The notes under the pieces were generated by a model, which ran no database searches, was not told the origin of the DNA, and worked only from the letters and a program-made list of their open reading frames with translations. The translations under genes and the position numbers were made by a program. A stretch of DNA of 63,649 nt from Gemmatimonadota bacterium (GTDB lineage: Bacteria > Gemmatimonadota > Gemmatimonadetes > Palauibacterales > KS3-K002), in the NCBI GenBank assembly GCA_039586795.1, contig JBDHJS010000018.1:1-63649 (forward strand), read 5' to 3'. The stretch's first letter is position 1. Every line of letters begins with the position of its first letter. Below are positions 46,388 to 55,950 of the stretch, in pieces.

Positions 46388-47377
46388 ATGCCTGCGAACC
46401 TGACGCCAGCCTACCACACTGCTGAGAAGCGCTACCGTCAAGCTAACACGCCGGAAGAGAAACTTGATGCGCTGCGCGAGATGCTCGCCGTCATGCCCAA
46501 GCACAAGGGCACCGACAAGCTGCAGGCAGACATCAAGCGGCGGATGGCCCAGATCAAAGAGCAGGCGAAGAAGTCGGCAGCAACGCGGCAGACGCCCCAT
46601 TGGGTCATCGAGAAGGTCGGAGCCGGACAGGTCCCCGTGATCGGTCCGCCAAATGCCGGAAAGTCCGCGCTCATCGCCAGCGTCACCCACGCCGACGTGA
46701 AGGTAGCAGAGTACCCGTTCACCACCCAGATGCCGGCGCCGGCGATGATGCCGTTCGAGAACATCCAGGTCCAACTGATCGACGCGCCCGCTCACTCCGA
46801 AGAGTTCAGCGTCAACTGGCTGCCCGAGCTGATAAGACGGGCCGACGCATGCGTGCTTGTCGCGGATCTGGCGGACGACACGACGCCGCTACAAGTCGCT
46901 TACGTCCTCGACTCGCTGGCCGAGCGTGATGTCCTGCTGATGGGAACGGTACCCGACGAACGCGAAGGGTTCGAGGTCATCATTCCAACGTTATTGGCGG
47001 CGAACAAGGCAGAGACTGATGGCGCGGACGCCGTTCTGGCTGATCTCAAAGAGCTCTACGGAGACCGTTTTCCCGTCGTCACCATCTCCGTCGAGTCTGG
47101 AGAGGGACTCGATGAGTTCAAGCGGGCCCTGTTCGACGTGATGAAGATCACCCGCGTATTCACCAAGCAGCCCGGCAAAGACGCCGATCTGGGAGAACCG
47201 TTCGTGCTGCCAGCCGGGAGCACGGTGCACGAGTTGGCGCGCAAGATTCACAAGGAGATCCTGGAGAACTTCAAGTACGGGCGGTTATGGGGATCGTCGG
47301 GTCGATTTCAGGGGCAGCGGGTTGGGGAGGAGCATGTATTGGAGGATGGGGATATTGTGGAGCTCCACACTAGATAA
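46388..47377 (+). CDS. DRG/Obg-family GTPase with TGS domain
   Basis: PKHKGT, GPPNAGKS, YPFTT, NKAE, KIH...HVLEDGDIVEL. Confidence 0.9.
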   Translation: MPANLTPAYHTAEKRYRQANTPEEKLDALREMLAVMPKHKGTDKLQADIKRRMAQIKEQAKKSAATRQTPHWVIEKVGAGQVPVIGPPNAGKSALIASVTHADVKVAEYPFTTQMPAPAMMPFENIQVQLIDAPAHSEEFSVNWLPELIRRADACVLVADLADDTTPLQVAYVLDSLAERDVLLMGTVPDEREGFEVIIPTLLAANKAETDGADAVLADLKELYGDRFPVVTISVESGEGLDEFKRALFDVMKITRVFTKQPGKDADLGEPFVLPAGSTVHELARKIHKEILENFKYGRLWGSSGRFQGQRVGEEHVLEDGDIVELHTR

Positions 47378-47411
47378 CAGCACGACTTCAAATACCTGAC
47401 GTGTAACGCCT

Positions 47412-47515
47412 AAGGCATAATCACAATCATCAACAACTCAGCCCTCAATCCTCATCCCTCAACCATTTTCCCCTGAGCGTTGAGGGCTAGGTGTTGATGA
47501 GTGTGATTATGCCTT
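47412..47515. repeat. ~36-bp-arm inverted repeat between convergent genes (ATCACAATCATCAACA family)
   Basis: AAGGCATAATCACAATCATCAACAACTCAGCCCTCAA / TTGAGGGCTAGGTGTTGATGAGTGTGATTATGCCTT. Confidence 0.8.
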
Positions 47516-47542
47516 GCGCCTTGGCCATTCGACGGTTGTGCG

Positions 47543-49780
47543 TTACCCACCCTGGACCACAAAGACGCGCTCAGCAAAAGCCTCTTCACCAGACACGAGA
47601 TCCGCAATCCGCACCCGCACAGCATACGCCCCCTCATCCAGATCGGGAACCTCCACGCTGAGATACTCCATCGACCGATCGCCTTCCACCGCCACAACGC
47701 GTTCCCAGCTCACCTCCGGCTCCTGGTCATCGCCGCGACTGAACAGCTCGGTGATACCGCTGGCGATCCGCGACACCAGATTCCGGTTCTCCGCATCGTC
47801 CACTGCGAAGTCGACCCGATATTGAGCCAAGCCCTGACCATCGGCTTGCAGCCCGTACACCTCAAAGTAGACGCTGATCGGATCGCCGGATCGCACGACC
47901 AGCGAGCGGCTGGGCCAGATCCTCAGGTCATCGCGCTTGCTCGGCGGCTGGTTGAGCGCCCGGATGGCGTCCGCCAGGAGGATATCCGAGACGTTCAGCT
48001 GGCCGGTGGGAAAGCCGGCGACGACAAGGGAGTCCCGGGCCCGCGCCAGAGCACGAGCTTGCTGCTCCTCGAGCTCGCCACGCGCCTCCAGCCCGTAGTA
48101 GAACTTCCCTGCCGGAACCTCGATCTGGTAGCTGAGGCCGGGTGGCGTCCCTTCAACCGGTACGCTCAAGCGCCGGGACCACAGCTCCCGATAGGATATG
48201 TCGAATAGGAAGGCGCCGGTCTCGATGGTCGTGCCGGGGATGATCCCCAGAAGAGCAACGGGCGGACCGGAGTAGATCTCGACTCGCGTATATGCCGGCT
48301 CGCTGCCACGGAAGCGCGCGATCTGATGAGGGTAGTCGACGATCTCAGTGATCATCGCCGGCCGATAGAGCTGCGGCTGGCGGATCGTCATCTCGTCGGC
48401 GACGAACTTTGATGCCGTCGTCATCATGGCATGCCGGTACGTCAGCTGGCGGGCGAAGACGAAGACGGGTCCGTTTCGCGAATAGCCCCAATACTCGTAG
48501 CGCCCCTGGGAAATACGGCCGGTATTATTCAGGTTGCCGCCGTAGCAGCACTGGTACTGGACCCACGGCTTTCCATAACGAATCCAGATCTTGCCGCGCT
48601 CGCTATCCCAACCGTAGTTGTTCGTGACCGGCTCGCCGAACATTAGCTCGGCCCAGGCAACCCGCGAGTAGTGTTCCAAACGCCGTTCCTCGGCCGCGGT
48701 CAAGAACATGGGGTCGGTGGAAGTGAAGAACAGTCGCTCTACATCAGCCTGGCCGACGCTGTCGGCACTGTAGTAGATGCTGCGGCCCGACTCACCGAGT
48801 AGCGGGGAGATGTCGTTGAATACCAACCGATCATACTCCGGAAGCAGATCAATCGCCGTCGCGAAGAACGGCGACGCCTGATCCTCGTAGCCGTTCTCGT
48901 GCAGCCCAAGGCCATAGAACAGGTGCGCGCGCGCTTCGTCTGGCTGCAAACCGAGAAGAGCGCCGGCAACATCCGTATACTCTTCCCACTCGTCTCCCTC
49001 GGCCAGGTGGCCGAGCAGGCGGTAGGCCGCATCGGTGTAAGTCGAATCCGACCCGAACGCAATCCGGAAGTGTTCCATCATCCGGGCGCGCTCCGGGTCC
49101 TTCAAGTCTCCCAGGTGCATCAGCCCCTTCAGCTGGTCGGCCCAGCGCTCGGGGCAGATGACGGAGGCATCCCAGTGCGAGACGTTTCTGCCCTGGGTCA
49201 CATCAGTCACGAGACTCGATTGCAGCGCGGAACAGGCGACCGGCTCCGCCGAGCTCGGAATCCGCACCAGATTCTTCCAATCGAGCCACCACGACTCATA
49301 GATGAGGCCCAGCGTGTAGTGAAGCTCCGCCCGGGCTTCCGGGCTCATGCTGGCGCCTTCACTGTCCGCCGCCCGACTGGCTCGCTGTAGAACGCGCTCC
49401 GCATCGCCCTTCAATTGCTGACGTCGAAGCAGCAAGCCATACTGGACCAGGACCTCCGGATCATCGCCCATCAGCCGCCGCGCTTCTTCCAGCGCCTCAC
49501 GAGCACGCTTGCGCTGCGGGTAGTTCTCCTCCAGCTCGCCCGCCTGAGCGCTCAGCAATTCGCCGAGCTTGAGCCATGCCAGTCCAAATTCGGGGTAGTT
49601 GCGATTGGCCTCGACCAGTTTCCTGAGGGCCCCCGCCGTGTCGTCAGCGCTTAGATAGTCCAGAGCTTCTTGGTAGGGGCGTGGCGGCTCCTGAACCTCC
49701 TGACCCACGACGGATCCGGGCCCAACGACCGATAATGCGGCGATCACCGCGATGGCAAGTGAACAGCTGGGGATTTGCAT
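47543..49780 (-). CDS. GWxTD-domain protein with N-terminal TPRs
   Basis: Signal peptide, TPR-like repeats, DPMFLT...EHYSRVAWA...GWDSERGKIWIRYGKP, VYFEVYGL. Start reassigned to ATG 49780. Confidence 0.8.
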   Translation of the reverse strand: MQIPSCSLAIAVIAALSVVGPGSVVGQEVQEPPRPYQEALDYLSADDTAGALRKLVEANRNYPEFGLAWLKLGELLSAQAGELEENYPQRKRAREALEEARRLMGDDPEVLVQYGLLLRRQQLKGDAERVLQRASRAADSEGASMSPEARAELHYTLGLIYESWWLDWKNLVRIPSSAEPVACSALQSSLVTDVTQGRNVSHWDASVICPERWADQLKGLMHLGDLKDPERARMMEHFRIAFGSDSTYTDAAYRLLGHLAEGDEWEEYTDVAGALLGLQPDEARAHLFYGLGLHENGYEDQASPFFATAIDLLPEYDRLVFNDISPLLGESGRSIYYSADSVGQADVERLFFTSTDPMFLTAAEERRLEHYSRVAWAELMFGEPVTNNYGWDSERGKIWIRYGKPWVQYQCCYGGNLNNTGRISQGRYEYWGYSRNGPVFVFARQLTYRHAMMTTASKFVADEMTIRQPQLYRPAMITEIVDYPHQIARFRGSEPAYTRVEIYSGPPVALLGIIPGTTIETGAFLFDISYRELWSRRLSVPVEGTPPGLSYQIEVPAGKFYYGLEARGELEEQQARALARARDSLVVAGFPTGQLNVSDILLADAIRALNQPPSKRDDLRIWPSRSLVVRSGDPISVYFEVYGLQADGQGLAQYRVDFAVDDAENRNLVSRIASGITELFSRGDDQEPEVSWERVVAVEGDRSMEYLSVEVPDLDEGAYAVRVRIADLVSGEEAFAERVFVVQGG

Positions 49781-50129
49781 CCAGCAATGTATCCGGGCGG
49801 ACCATATGCGACAACGTGAATCTGTGGTCCGTTGGGCCGCCCCGTATTGGGTCAAGCTGCACGAGCGCGCTCGACACATGTTCACCAATTCTGGCGGCAT
49901 TGAGTCCTCCAACCGGCCCGCAACTTGCAACCTACAATGTGTGAGAACCTTCCTCGTTTGGCCCCTCAGATGACAATTAACCTTCTTAACAATGGTGTGC
50001 TGGCCACTCTTGCCGGGCTCAGGGACCCCAAAAATGAAACAACCGACAGCCGGTGATCGTTGCCCGAGGTCCTCCTGGGCGATAGATGCCAACCTCTCCA
50101 CCGTCGATGTCTCCGCTGCCTATCGGGAG

Positions 50130-50387
50130 ATGCGCAGCGAAGAGCTGAAGCGAGCAGTGCTGGACCTGATCATCCAAGAATACACAGATAAAAGCCCTGA
50201 CCACGAACTCAGTATCGACACGCCGCTGCTCAGCGGCGGGATCGTCGATTCGGATTCCATCGCCAGTCTCACGGAACTGCTCGAGCGGACGTTCCGAGTA
50301 CGAATCCCCGCGGAGGAAGCGACGGCTGAATCCTTCGAGACCGTGGAGAGCATAGCCAAACTGGTCGACCGTCACAGCCGGGCTTAA
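50130..50387 (+). CDS. Acyl/peptidyl carrier protein
   Basis: 85 aa, acidic, GGIVDS phosphopantetheine motif, LERTFRVRIP. Confidence 0.85.
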   Translation: MRSEELKRAVLDLIIQEYTDKSPDHELSIDTPLLSGGIVDSDSIASLTELLERTFRVRIPAEEATAESFETVESIAKLVDRHSRA

Positions 50388-50408
50388 GGCCGAGAGATTG
50401 GGGCTCCT

Positions 50409-51656
50409 ATGGCCTATAACAGAGCTACCCGTGAACGGTATCGGAACGAGCTGGAGAGCATTCGCGAGGCCGGACTCTTCAGGAAGGAGCGTTACATCCA
50501 CGCGCCGCAAGGTGCCGAAGTAGAAGTCGAATTCCCCGAAGGCTCCGATCTCCGAACCGTCATCAATCTGTGTTCCAACAACTACCTGGGTCTGTCGAGT
50601 CACCCGGATGTGATAAGGGCGGCCCACGAGGGTCTCGATGCCCGGGGATACGGCCTGTCGTCGGTACGCTTCATCTGCGGAACTCAGGACATCCATCGCC
50701 AGCTAGAGGTCAAGCTCACCGAGTTTCTGGGCACGGAGGACACGCTCCTCTTTCCGTCCTGTATGGATGCCAACATCGGCGCGTTCGAAGCGATCCTAAA
50801 CGAGCAGGATGTGATGATCGCTGACCGATTGGTGCACGCGTCGATCATCGATGGGATGCGGCCGTGTCGCGCGGCACACGACAGTTACAAGCACGCGGAT
50901 ATGGGCCACCTGGAACAGAAGCTCCAGGAGCATCAGAACCGGCGCGCCCAAATGATCATAACAGATGGCGTCTTCGCGATGGATGGAGACGTGGCGAAGC
51001 TGGATCAAATCGTCGCGCTAGCTGAGAAATACGATGCGATGGTCTTCCTCGATGATTCACACGCTACGGGCTACCTGGGGCAGACGGGCCGCGGAACGCA
51101 CGAGTATTGCGACGTCGTCGGCCGGGTCGACCTGATCACGACCACGTTGGGCAAGGCGCTGGGCGGTGCGACTGGTGGCTGCGTTAGCGGGCGTCGTGAG
51201 CTCGTCGAGATCTGCCGCCAGAGAGCGCGCCCATTCCTGCTCTCGAACAGCGTCGCACCAGTCATCGTCGCTGGAGCCCTCAAGGTTCTCGACCTAGTCA
51301 CGAACGGTACCGAACGGCGTGATAAACTGGAATGGAACACGAAGTACTGGCGGAAGCTGCTGAGCGACGCTGGTTTCGACGTCAAGCCGGGCAACAGCCC
51401 CATCGTTCCCGTGATGCTGTACAATTCCAAGCTCGCCTTGGACTTCTCCCGCGATCTGTATGACGAGGGCATCTACGTCATCGGGTTCTTCTATCCGGTC
51501 GTGCCGAAGAGGCAAGCCAGGATTCGAACCCAGCTGTCGGCGGCTCACGAGAAGATGCACCTGGACCGGGCCATAGAGGCGTTCGTCAAAGTGGGGAGGA
51601 AGTACGACATCTTGGGCAAGCGAAGGAAGGAGATCATCTCCCAATACGGTCTGTGA
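50409..51656 (+). CDS. kbl: Alpha-oxoamine synthase, glycine C-acetyltransferase-like
   Basis: NLCSNNYLGL, SSVRFICGTQDIH, HASIIDG, DGVFAMDG, DDSHA, TLGKALGG, ARIRTQ. Confidence 0.9.
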   Translation: MAYNRATRERYRNELESIREAGLFRKERYIHAPQGAEVEVEFPEGSDLRTVINLCSNNYLGLSSHPDVIRAAHEGLDARGYGLSSVRFICGTQDIHRQLEVKLTEFLGTEDTLLFPSCMDANIGAFEAILNEQDVMIADRLVHASIIDGMRPCRAAHDSYKHADMGHLEQKLQEHQNRRAQMIITDGVFAMDGDVAKLDQIVALAEKYDAMVFLDDSHATGYLGQTGRGTHEYCDVVGRVDLITTTLGKALGGATGGCVSGRRELVEICRQRARPFLLSNSVAPVIVAGALKVLDLVTNGTERRDKLEWNTKYWRKLLSDAGFDVKPGNSPIVPVMLYNSKLALDFSRDLYDEGIYVIGFFYPVVPKRQARIRTQLSAAHEKMHLDRAIEAFVKVGRKYDILGKRRKEIISQYGL

Positions 51657-51681
51657 CGGTCCAGTATCGAGTGAAAGAGCC

Positions 51682-51721
51682 AGCCGGGCGCCTCGGTTCA
51701 CGGGTCGCCCGGCTTCCTCTT
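51682..51721 (+). terminator. Probable terminator after kbl
   Basis: AGCCGGGCG...CGCCCGGCT followed by TCCTCTT. Confidence 0.5.
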
Positions 51722-51832
51722 GCGGTGACGCCGCCACCCAGAGATAGTGTCGCGGGGGGGGCGTAGCCCCGCTCGCATACCCTCAGAATCACGGCAAAGA
51801 AACGCTAATCAGATACGAATGAGCAGGTGAAG

Positions 51833-54259
51833 ATGCCTGGTTCACGGATTGCCGTCAGCTTAGCAGCGGTGGCCCTGGCCCTGAGTCTCCCAGCGACAGG
51901 TCTGGCCCAGGAGCCTTCCGAGCAAGTCACCGACACGACCGCCGCCCCTGACGTGCCAACCGCCATCACGGCGGCGGACATGGTGACAATGGCCGAGGAG
52001 AACAGCACGCGGCTCCGGGCCACGCGTGGCCGAATTCAGCCGCTCACCGACATCACGGCACTAGTTGAAGAGCTGCCGAGCGTTATCGCCGGCATCGATT
52101 CGTTGCTCGCAGACTCGGCCAGCCTGGCACCCGAACTACTCTCACGACGGCAGCTCACCAGTCTTCATCTGATATGGGACCGCTACTCCAGACAGCTTGG
52201 GGATTGGCAAGGGATCCTCTCCGAGCGCGCCCAGCAGCTGGGCGAGGAACAGGACTCAGTCGCAGCAATGCGGGCGGTATGGGAGGTGACCTCTGATACA
52301 GCCGCCGCGGCCGGGTATCCAGAGGCGGCCATCGGCGTCATCGGCTCCGCTCTCGCCTTGATCGACAGTGTCGAGGCGGAGATCCGAGTCCGCTTCGACA
52401 CTGTGCTGTCACTACAGAACACCGTGTCGGAGCTCAGAGGCTCCGCCACCGAGGTCCTGGACGGAATCCAGACCGCGCAGTCGCAGGCCCAGCTTCACCT
52501 CTTCACCCCCGAGAGCCCCCCGCTCTGGCAAGCGATCATCTCTCCAGGCGAGCTGTCGTGGACGCACGTTATGGAGTCGTTCCAACAGGACTTTCGCGAG
52601 CTCTCCATGTTCTGGACCGACGCTGACGAGCGAATCCCGGTCCAGGTGGCCACCCTGCTGGCGATTCTGGTCGCTATCCTCCTCCTTCGGAGACGCAGTA
52701 AGCACCTGATCGAGGAGGACCCCGATATCGAGAAGTCGGCACAGATTCTCGACCGTCCGTTCTCGGTATTGCTGCTGATCGCCTTGCTCACTATGCGGAC
52801 CTTTCATCCGCAACTACCGGTCGTTGTCGTTGACCTCGCTCGGCTTCTAGCGCTAATCCCGGCGCTGCGCCTGCTCCCGGCGCTGGTCCACCCTGCCCTG
52901 CGGCGGCCGCTGTACGGGTTCGCCGCACTTTGGCTGTTCAATGACCTACTCAATATCCTGCCGGAGGCCTCGACACTGCATCGCGTCGGAACTCTGCTTG
53001 TCGCCGCGGCCTCCTTGGCGGGGCTCGTCTGGACGCTTCGGAACGTAGCCGATGGCGTCGTGGAGAGTAGAAGGCGCAGGGCGCGCTTTGTCCTTCAAGT
53101 ATCGCGACTCGGTGTCGTCACGCTGAGCGGCTCGATCATCGGGAACGTGCTCGGCTTCGTCGATCTCTCACATATGCTCCTCGATGCGACGCTGCTCAGC
53201 GCGCTCATCGCTCTCGGGCTGTTTGCAGCTGCCGTTATAGTCGAGGCCCTGGTACACCTGCTCATCAGAACACGCACGGCGCAGTCGATCGCCTCGGTTC
53301 GCAGACATTCCAATCTGCTGGTCCGTCGAGTCATTGAGATAGCGCGCGCAGCTGCTTTCATAATGTGGTTCACGTGGACGCTATCCGCTTTTGGGCTGCT
53401 GCGCCCGCTGGTTAGTGCTGGAATGGCAGTGTTGATGACGCCGCTTAACGTTGGCAGTCTATCGATATCCCTGGGCAACATCGTCGCCTTCTTCCTCGCC
53501 ATATACGTTGCCGTGTTGGCATCGCGACTGACCAGGTTCTTGCTCGAGCAGGACGTTTACCCGCGGCTCACCCTGCCCCGCGGGGTGCCGGGCGCGGTCA
53601 CAAAGGTCTCGCAGTACCTGATCATTGGCCTCGGCCTGATGATCGCCTTCGCGGCCAGCGGCTTCGACCTCAGCAGCCTTGCGCTGCTCGCCGGCGCACT
53701 GGGTGTGGGCATCGGATTCGGGTTGCAGGCCATAGTGAACAACTTCGTTTCCGGCTTGATCCTGATATTCGAGCGCCCCGTTCAAGTCGGTGACGCGATA
53801 CAGCTGGATACGCTGACCGGCACCGTAACCAACATCGGGATTCGTGCCAGCACTGTCCGAACCTTCGACGGAGCGGAGGTCATCGTACCCAACGCCGACA
53901 TGATCACGGGTCGCGTCACCAACTGGACCCTGTCCGATCGACTGCGACGCATCGAGATCCAAGTAGGCGTCTCGTATGACTCCGACCCGCGCCGAGTCGG
54001 CGAGCTATTGCTGGAAGTCGCAAAACAGCAGCCCGATTGCCTCAAGGATCCGGAACCTTACGTGCTGTTCGACCGCTTCGGCGACAGCGCCCTCGAGTTC
54101 ATCGTACGGTTCTGGACTTCGGACTACTCGAATTGGCTCGAAATCGAGAGCCAGGCAACGTACGCGGTGCACGATGCGTTGAAGGCCGAAGGTATCCAGA
54201 TTCCGTTCCCGCAGCGGGATGTTCATCTCAAATCGCGGGAGGACGGAGCGGAGAGCTGA
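51833..54259 (+). CDS. MscS/MscK-family mechanosensitive channel
   Basis: Signal peptide, periplasmic coiled coil, many TM segments, GALGVGIGFGLQ, NFVSGLILIFERP, IPFPQRD. Confidence 0.92.
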   Translation: MPGSRIAVSLAAVALALSLPATGLAQEPSEQVTDTTAAPDVPTAITAADMVTMAEENSTRLRATRGRIQPLTDITALVEELPSVIAGIDSLLADSASLAPELLSRRQLTSLHLIWDRYSRQLGDWQGILSERAQQLGEEQDSVAAMRAVWEVTSDTAAAAGYPEAAIGVIGSALALIDSVEAEIRVRFDTVLSLQNTVSELRGSATEVLDGIQTAQSQAQLHLFTPESPPLWQAIISPGELSWTHVMESFQQDFRELSMFWTDADERIPVQVATLLAILVAILLLRRRSKHLIEEDPDIEKSAQILDRPFSVLLLIALLTMRTFHPQLPVVVVDLARLLALIPALRLLPALVHPALRRPLYGFAALWLFNDLLNILPEASTLHRVGTLLVAAASLAGLVWTLRNVADGVVESRRRRARFVLQVSRLGVVTLSGSIIGNVLGFVDLSHMLLDATLLSALIALGLFAAAVIVEALVHLLIRTRTAQSIASVRRHSNLLVRRVIEIARAAAFIMWFTWTLSAFGLLRPLVSAGMAVLMTPLNVGSLSISLGNIVAFFLAIYVAVLASRLTRFLLEQDVYPRLTLPRGVPGAVTKVSQYLIIGLGLMIAFAASGFDLSSLALLAGALGVGIGFGLQAIVNNFVSGLILIFERPVQVGDAIQLDTLTGTVTNIGIRASTVRTFDGAEVIVPNADMITGRVTNWTLSDRLRRIEIQVGVSYDSDPRRVGELLLEVAKQQPDCLKDPEPYVLFDRFGDSALEFIVRFWTSDYSNWLEIESQATYAVHDALKAEGIQIPFPQRDVHLKSREDGAES

Positions 54260-54264
54260 AGCGG

Positions 54265-54816
54265 CTAGTCCGGAAAGAGCTCGACCTGGTCGGACGGCGG
54301 CGCCGGGTAGACCACGCTGCCATCCTCCATCACGCGGGCATTGGGGTTGAGACTGTGATCCTCGGCTTTCCCAGCCGAGAGGATGTGGACAACCTCGCTG
54401 CCCCCGGCCACTACAGCATCGGCAATCAACTGACGGTGACAACGTTGCGGTTCGGCCTCAGCGCACATGAACGCCGTTCGTTCCCTCACAGCCCTGGCAG
54501 TCAGGCGATCTAACGCCGCTTGGAATTCGGTCGTGCTCATGTAGTCTGCATATCCGCGGAAGCCGGCGGATTCCCAAGCCGTGTTGGGAGAGTCTGGTTG
54601 CTCCTTCCGGTAACCGCCCAAAGCCTCCTCGTGGACGTACGCGATCCCCGCACGTGCCAGAGATGCAGCGAGCGTCTCCCTGGTGAAGTGGGGGTGACGT
54701 TTGGACCCCGGGAACCGCCTCACGTCGATCAGGCAAGCGACGTCATGCTCGGCAAGAAGTGCCAGAAACTCATCAGTGGAGCGATTGGAGTGCCCCACGG
54801 TATAGACGCTGGCCAT
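54265..54816 (-). CDS. DUF488 family protein
   Basis: YTVGHSNR, DVRRFPGS, LGG, MCAEA...CHR. Confidence 0.9.
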   Translation of the reverse strand: MASVYTVGHSNRSTDEFLALLAEHDVACLIDVRRFPGSKRHPHFTRETLAASLARAGIAYVHEEALGGYRKEQPDSPNTAWESAGFRGYADYMSTTEFQAALDRLTARAVRERTAFMCAEAEPQRCHRQLIADAVVAGGSEVVHILSAGKAEDHSLNPNARVMEDGSVVYPAPPSDQVELFPD

Positions 54817-54825
54817 AGTACGTCC

Positions 54826-55950
54826 CTATGCTGCCATGGTCCTGCGGAACCGGACCACAGCCAACCACATGGTCACCGTCGCGATGACGGTCAGCACGAC
54901 GAACTGACGCGTCAGGTCAGTGAAACCCGCACCTTTGAGAAACACCGGGCGAACGACTTCCATGAAATGCCGCACGGGATTGATGACGGTGATCCACTGG
55001 AAGACCTCAGGCATACTGCTTATCGGATAGAAGAACCCGGAGAGGATTATCGCCGGCAGCGCGATGAGGAACATGGACATAAACGCTTCCTGCTGCGTCT
55101 TCGAGACTGTCGAGATCAAGAGCCCAATCGCGAGCGTGGCGACGATGTAGATGATCGCAGCCGGCAACAAGACAACGAACGACCCGCGCATTGGGATTCC
55201 GAACCAGAGGATCGCGATCGCCGTGATGACAAAGAGATCGATCAGGCAGATCAGCCCCGCCGGCACTGTCTTCCCGAGCATCAGCTCGAGCGGCGACAGT
55301 GGGCTGACGTTCAACTGATCCAACGTACCCATCTCTCGTTCCCGAACCACCGACATCGAGCTCAGCAGCAAAGCCATGAGAAGGATGAGCATCCCGATTA
55401 CTCCCGGGACGTTATAAGCGCGGCTCTCGAGCTCGGGGTTATACCATGCGCGGCTGCGAATGTCGAGGCCGCCGCTTGGGAGCGCGCCGGCGGCGGCAGC
55501 GCGCTGCAGCGCGAACCGTTGCACGATCTGGCCAAGATAGCCCTGAGCCACAGTGGCACTGTTCGAGTCGGTGCCGTCGAGTATGACCTGCACCGTTGCT
55601 CCCTTACCCGAGGCGACCTGGCGGGCGAAGCCCGGCGGTATCTCTATCCCGACCGTCGCATCCCCGTAATCGAGGGCATGGACCAGGTCGGCAGGCCGTG
55701 CCGAGCGGCCGACGATCCTGAAATAGCCAGTGGACTCGATAACCTCGGTCAGCTCGCGAGAGACGGCGCTGGCGTCGTGGTCGACGACGAACGTCGCCGT
55801 GTTCTTGATATCCGTGTTGACCGCGTAGCCGAATGCGACAAGCTGGATGATCGGTGCGACGAACAGAATCTGCTTCATCTTCGGATCACGAAACATCTGC
55901 CGCAGCTCTTTCTTCAGGAGATGGCTTGTTCGCAGCCTGGAGATCCTCAC
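54826..55950 (-). CDS. ABC-2 type permease (YbhR-like)
   Basis: KELRQMFRD, DGTDSN, WYNPEL, REREMGT, LSGFFYPI. GTG start overlaps the upstream TGA. Confidence 0.92.
   Translation of the reverse strand: MRISRLRTSHLLKKELRQMFRDPKMKQILFVAPIIQLVAFGYAVNTDIKNTATFVVDHDASAVSRELTEVIESTGYFRIVGRSARPADLVHALDYGDATVGIEIPPGFARQVASGKGATVQVILDGTDSNSATVAQGYLGQIVQRFALQRAAAAGALPSGGLDIRSRAWYNPELESRAYNVPGVIGMLILLMALLLSSMSVVREREMGTLDQLNVSPLSPLELMLGKTVPAGLICLIDLFVITAIAILWFGIPMRGSFVVLLPAAIIYIVATLAIGLLISTVSKTQQEAFMSMFLIALPAIILSGFFYPISSMPEVFQWITVINPVRHFMEVVRPVFLKGAGFTDLTRQFVVLTVIATVTMWLAVVRFRRTMAA

Noticed and set aside
49781..50129. Riboswitch (e.g. glycine) upstream of ACP-kbl, or long ORF extensions in both directions
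   Set aside because: No recognisable aptamer motifs, and the extensions are low-quality and mutually overlapping.
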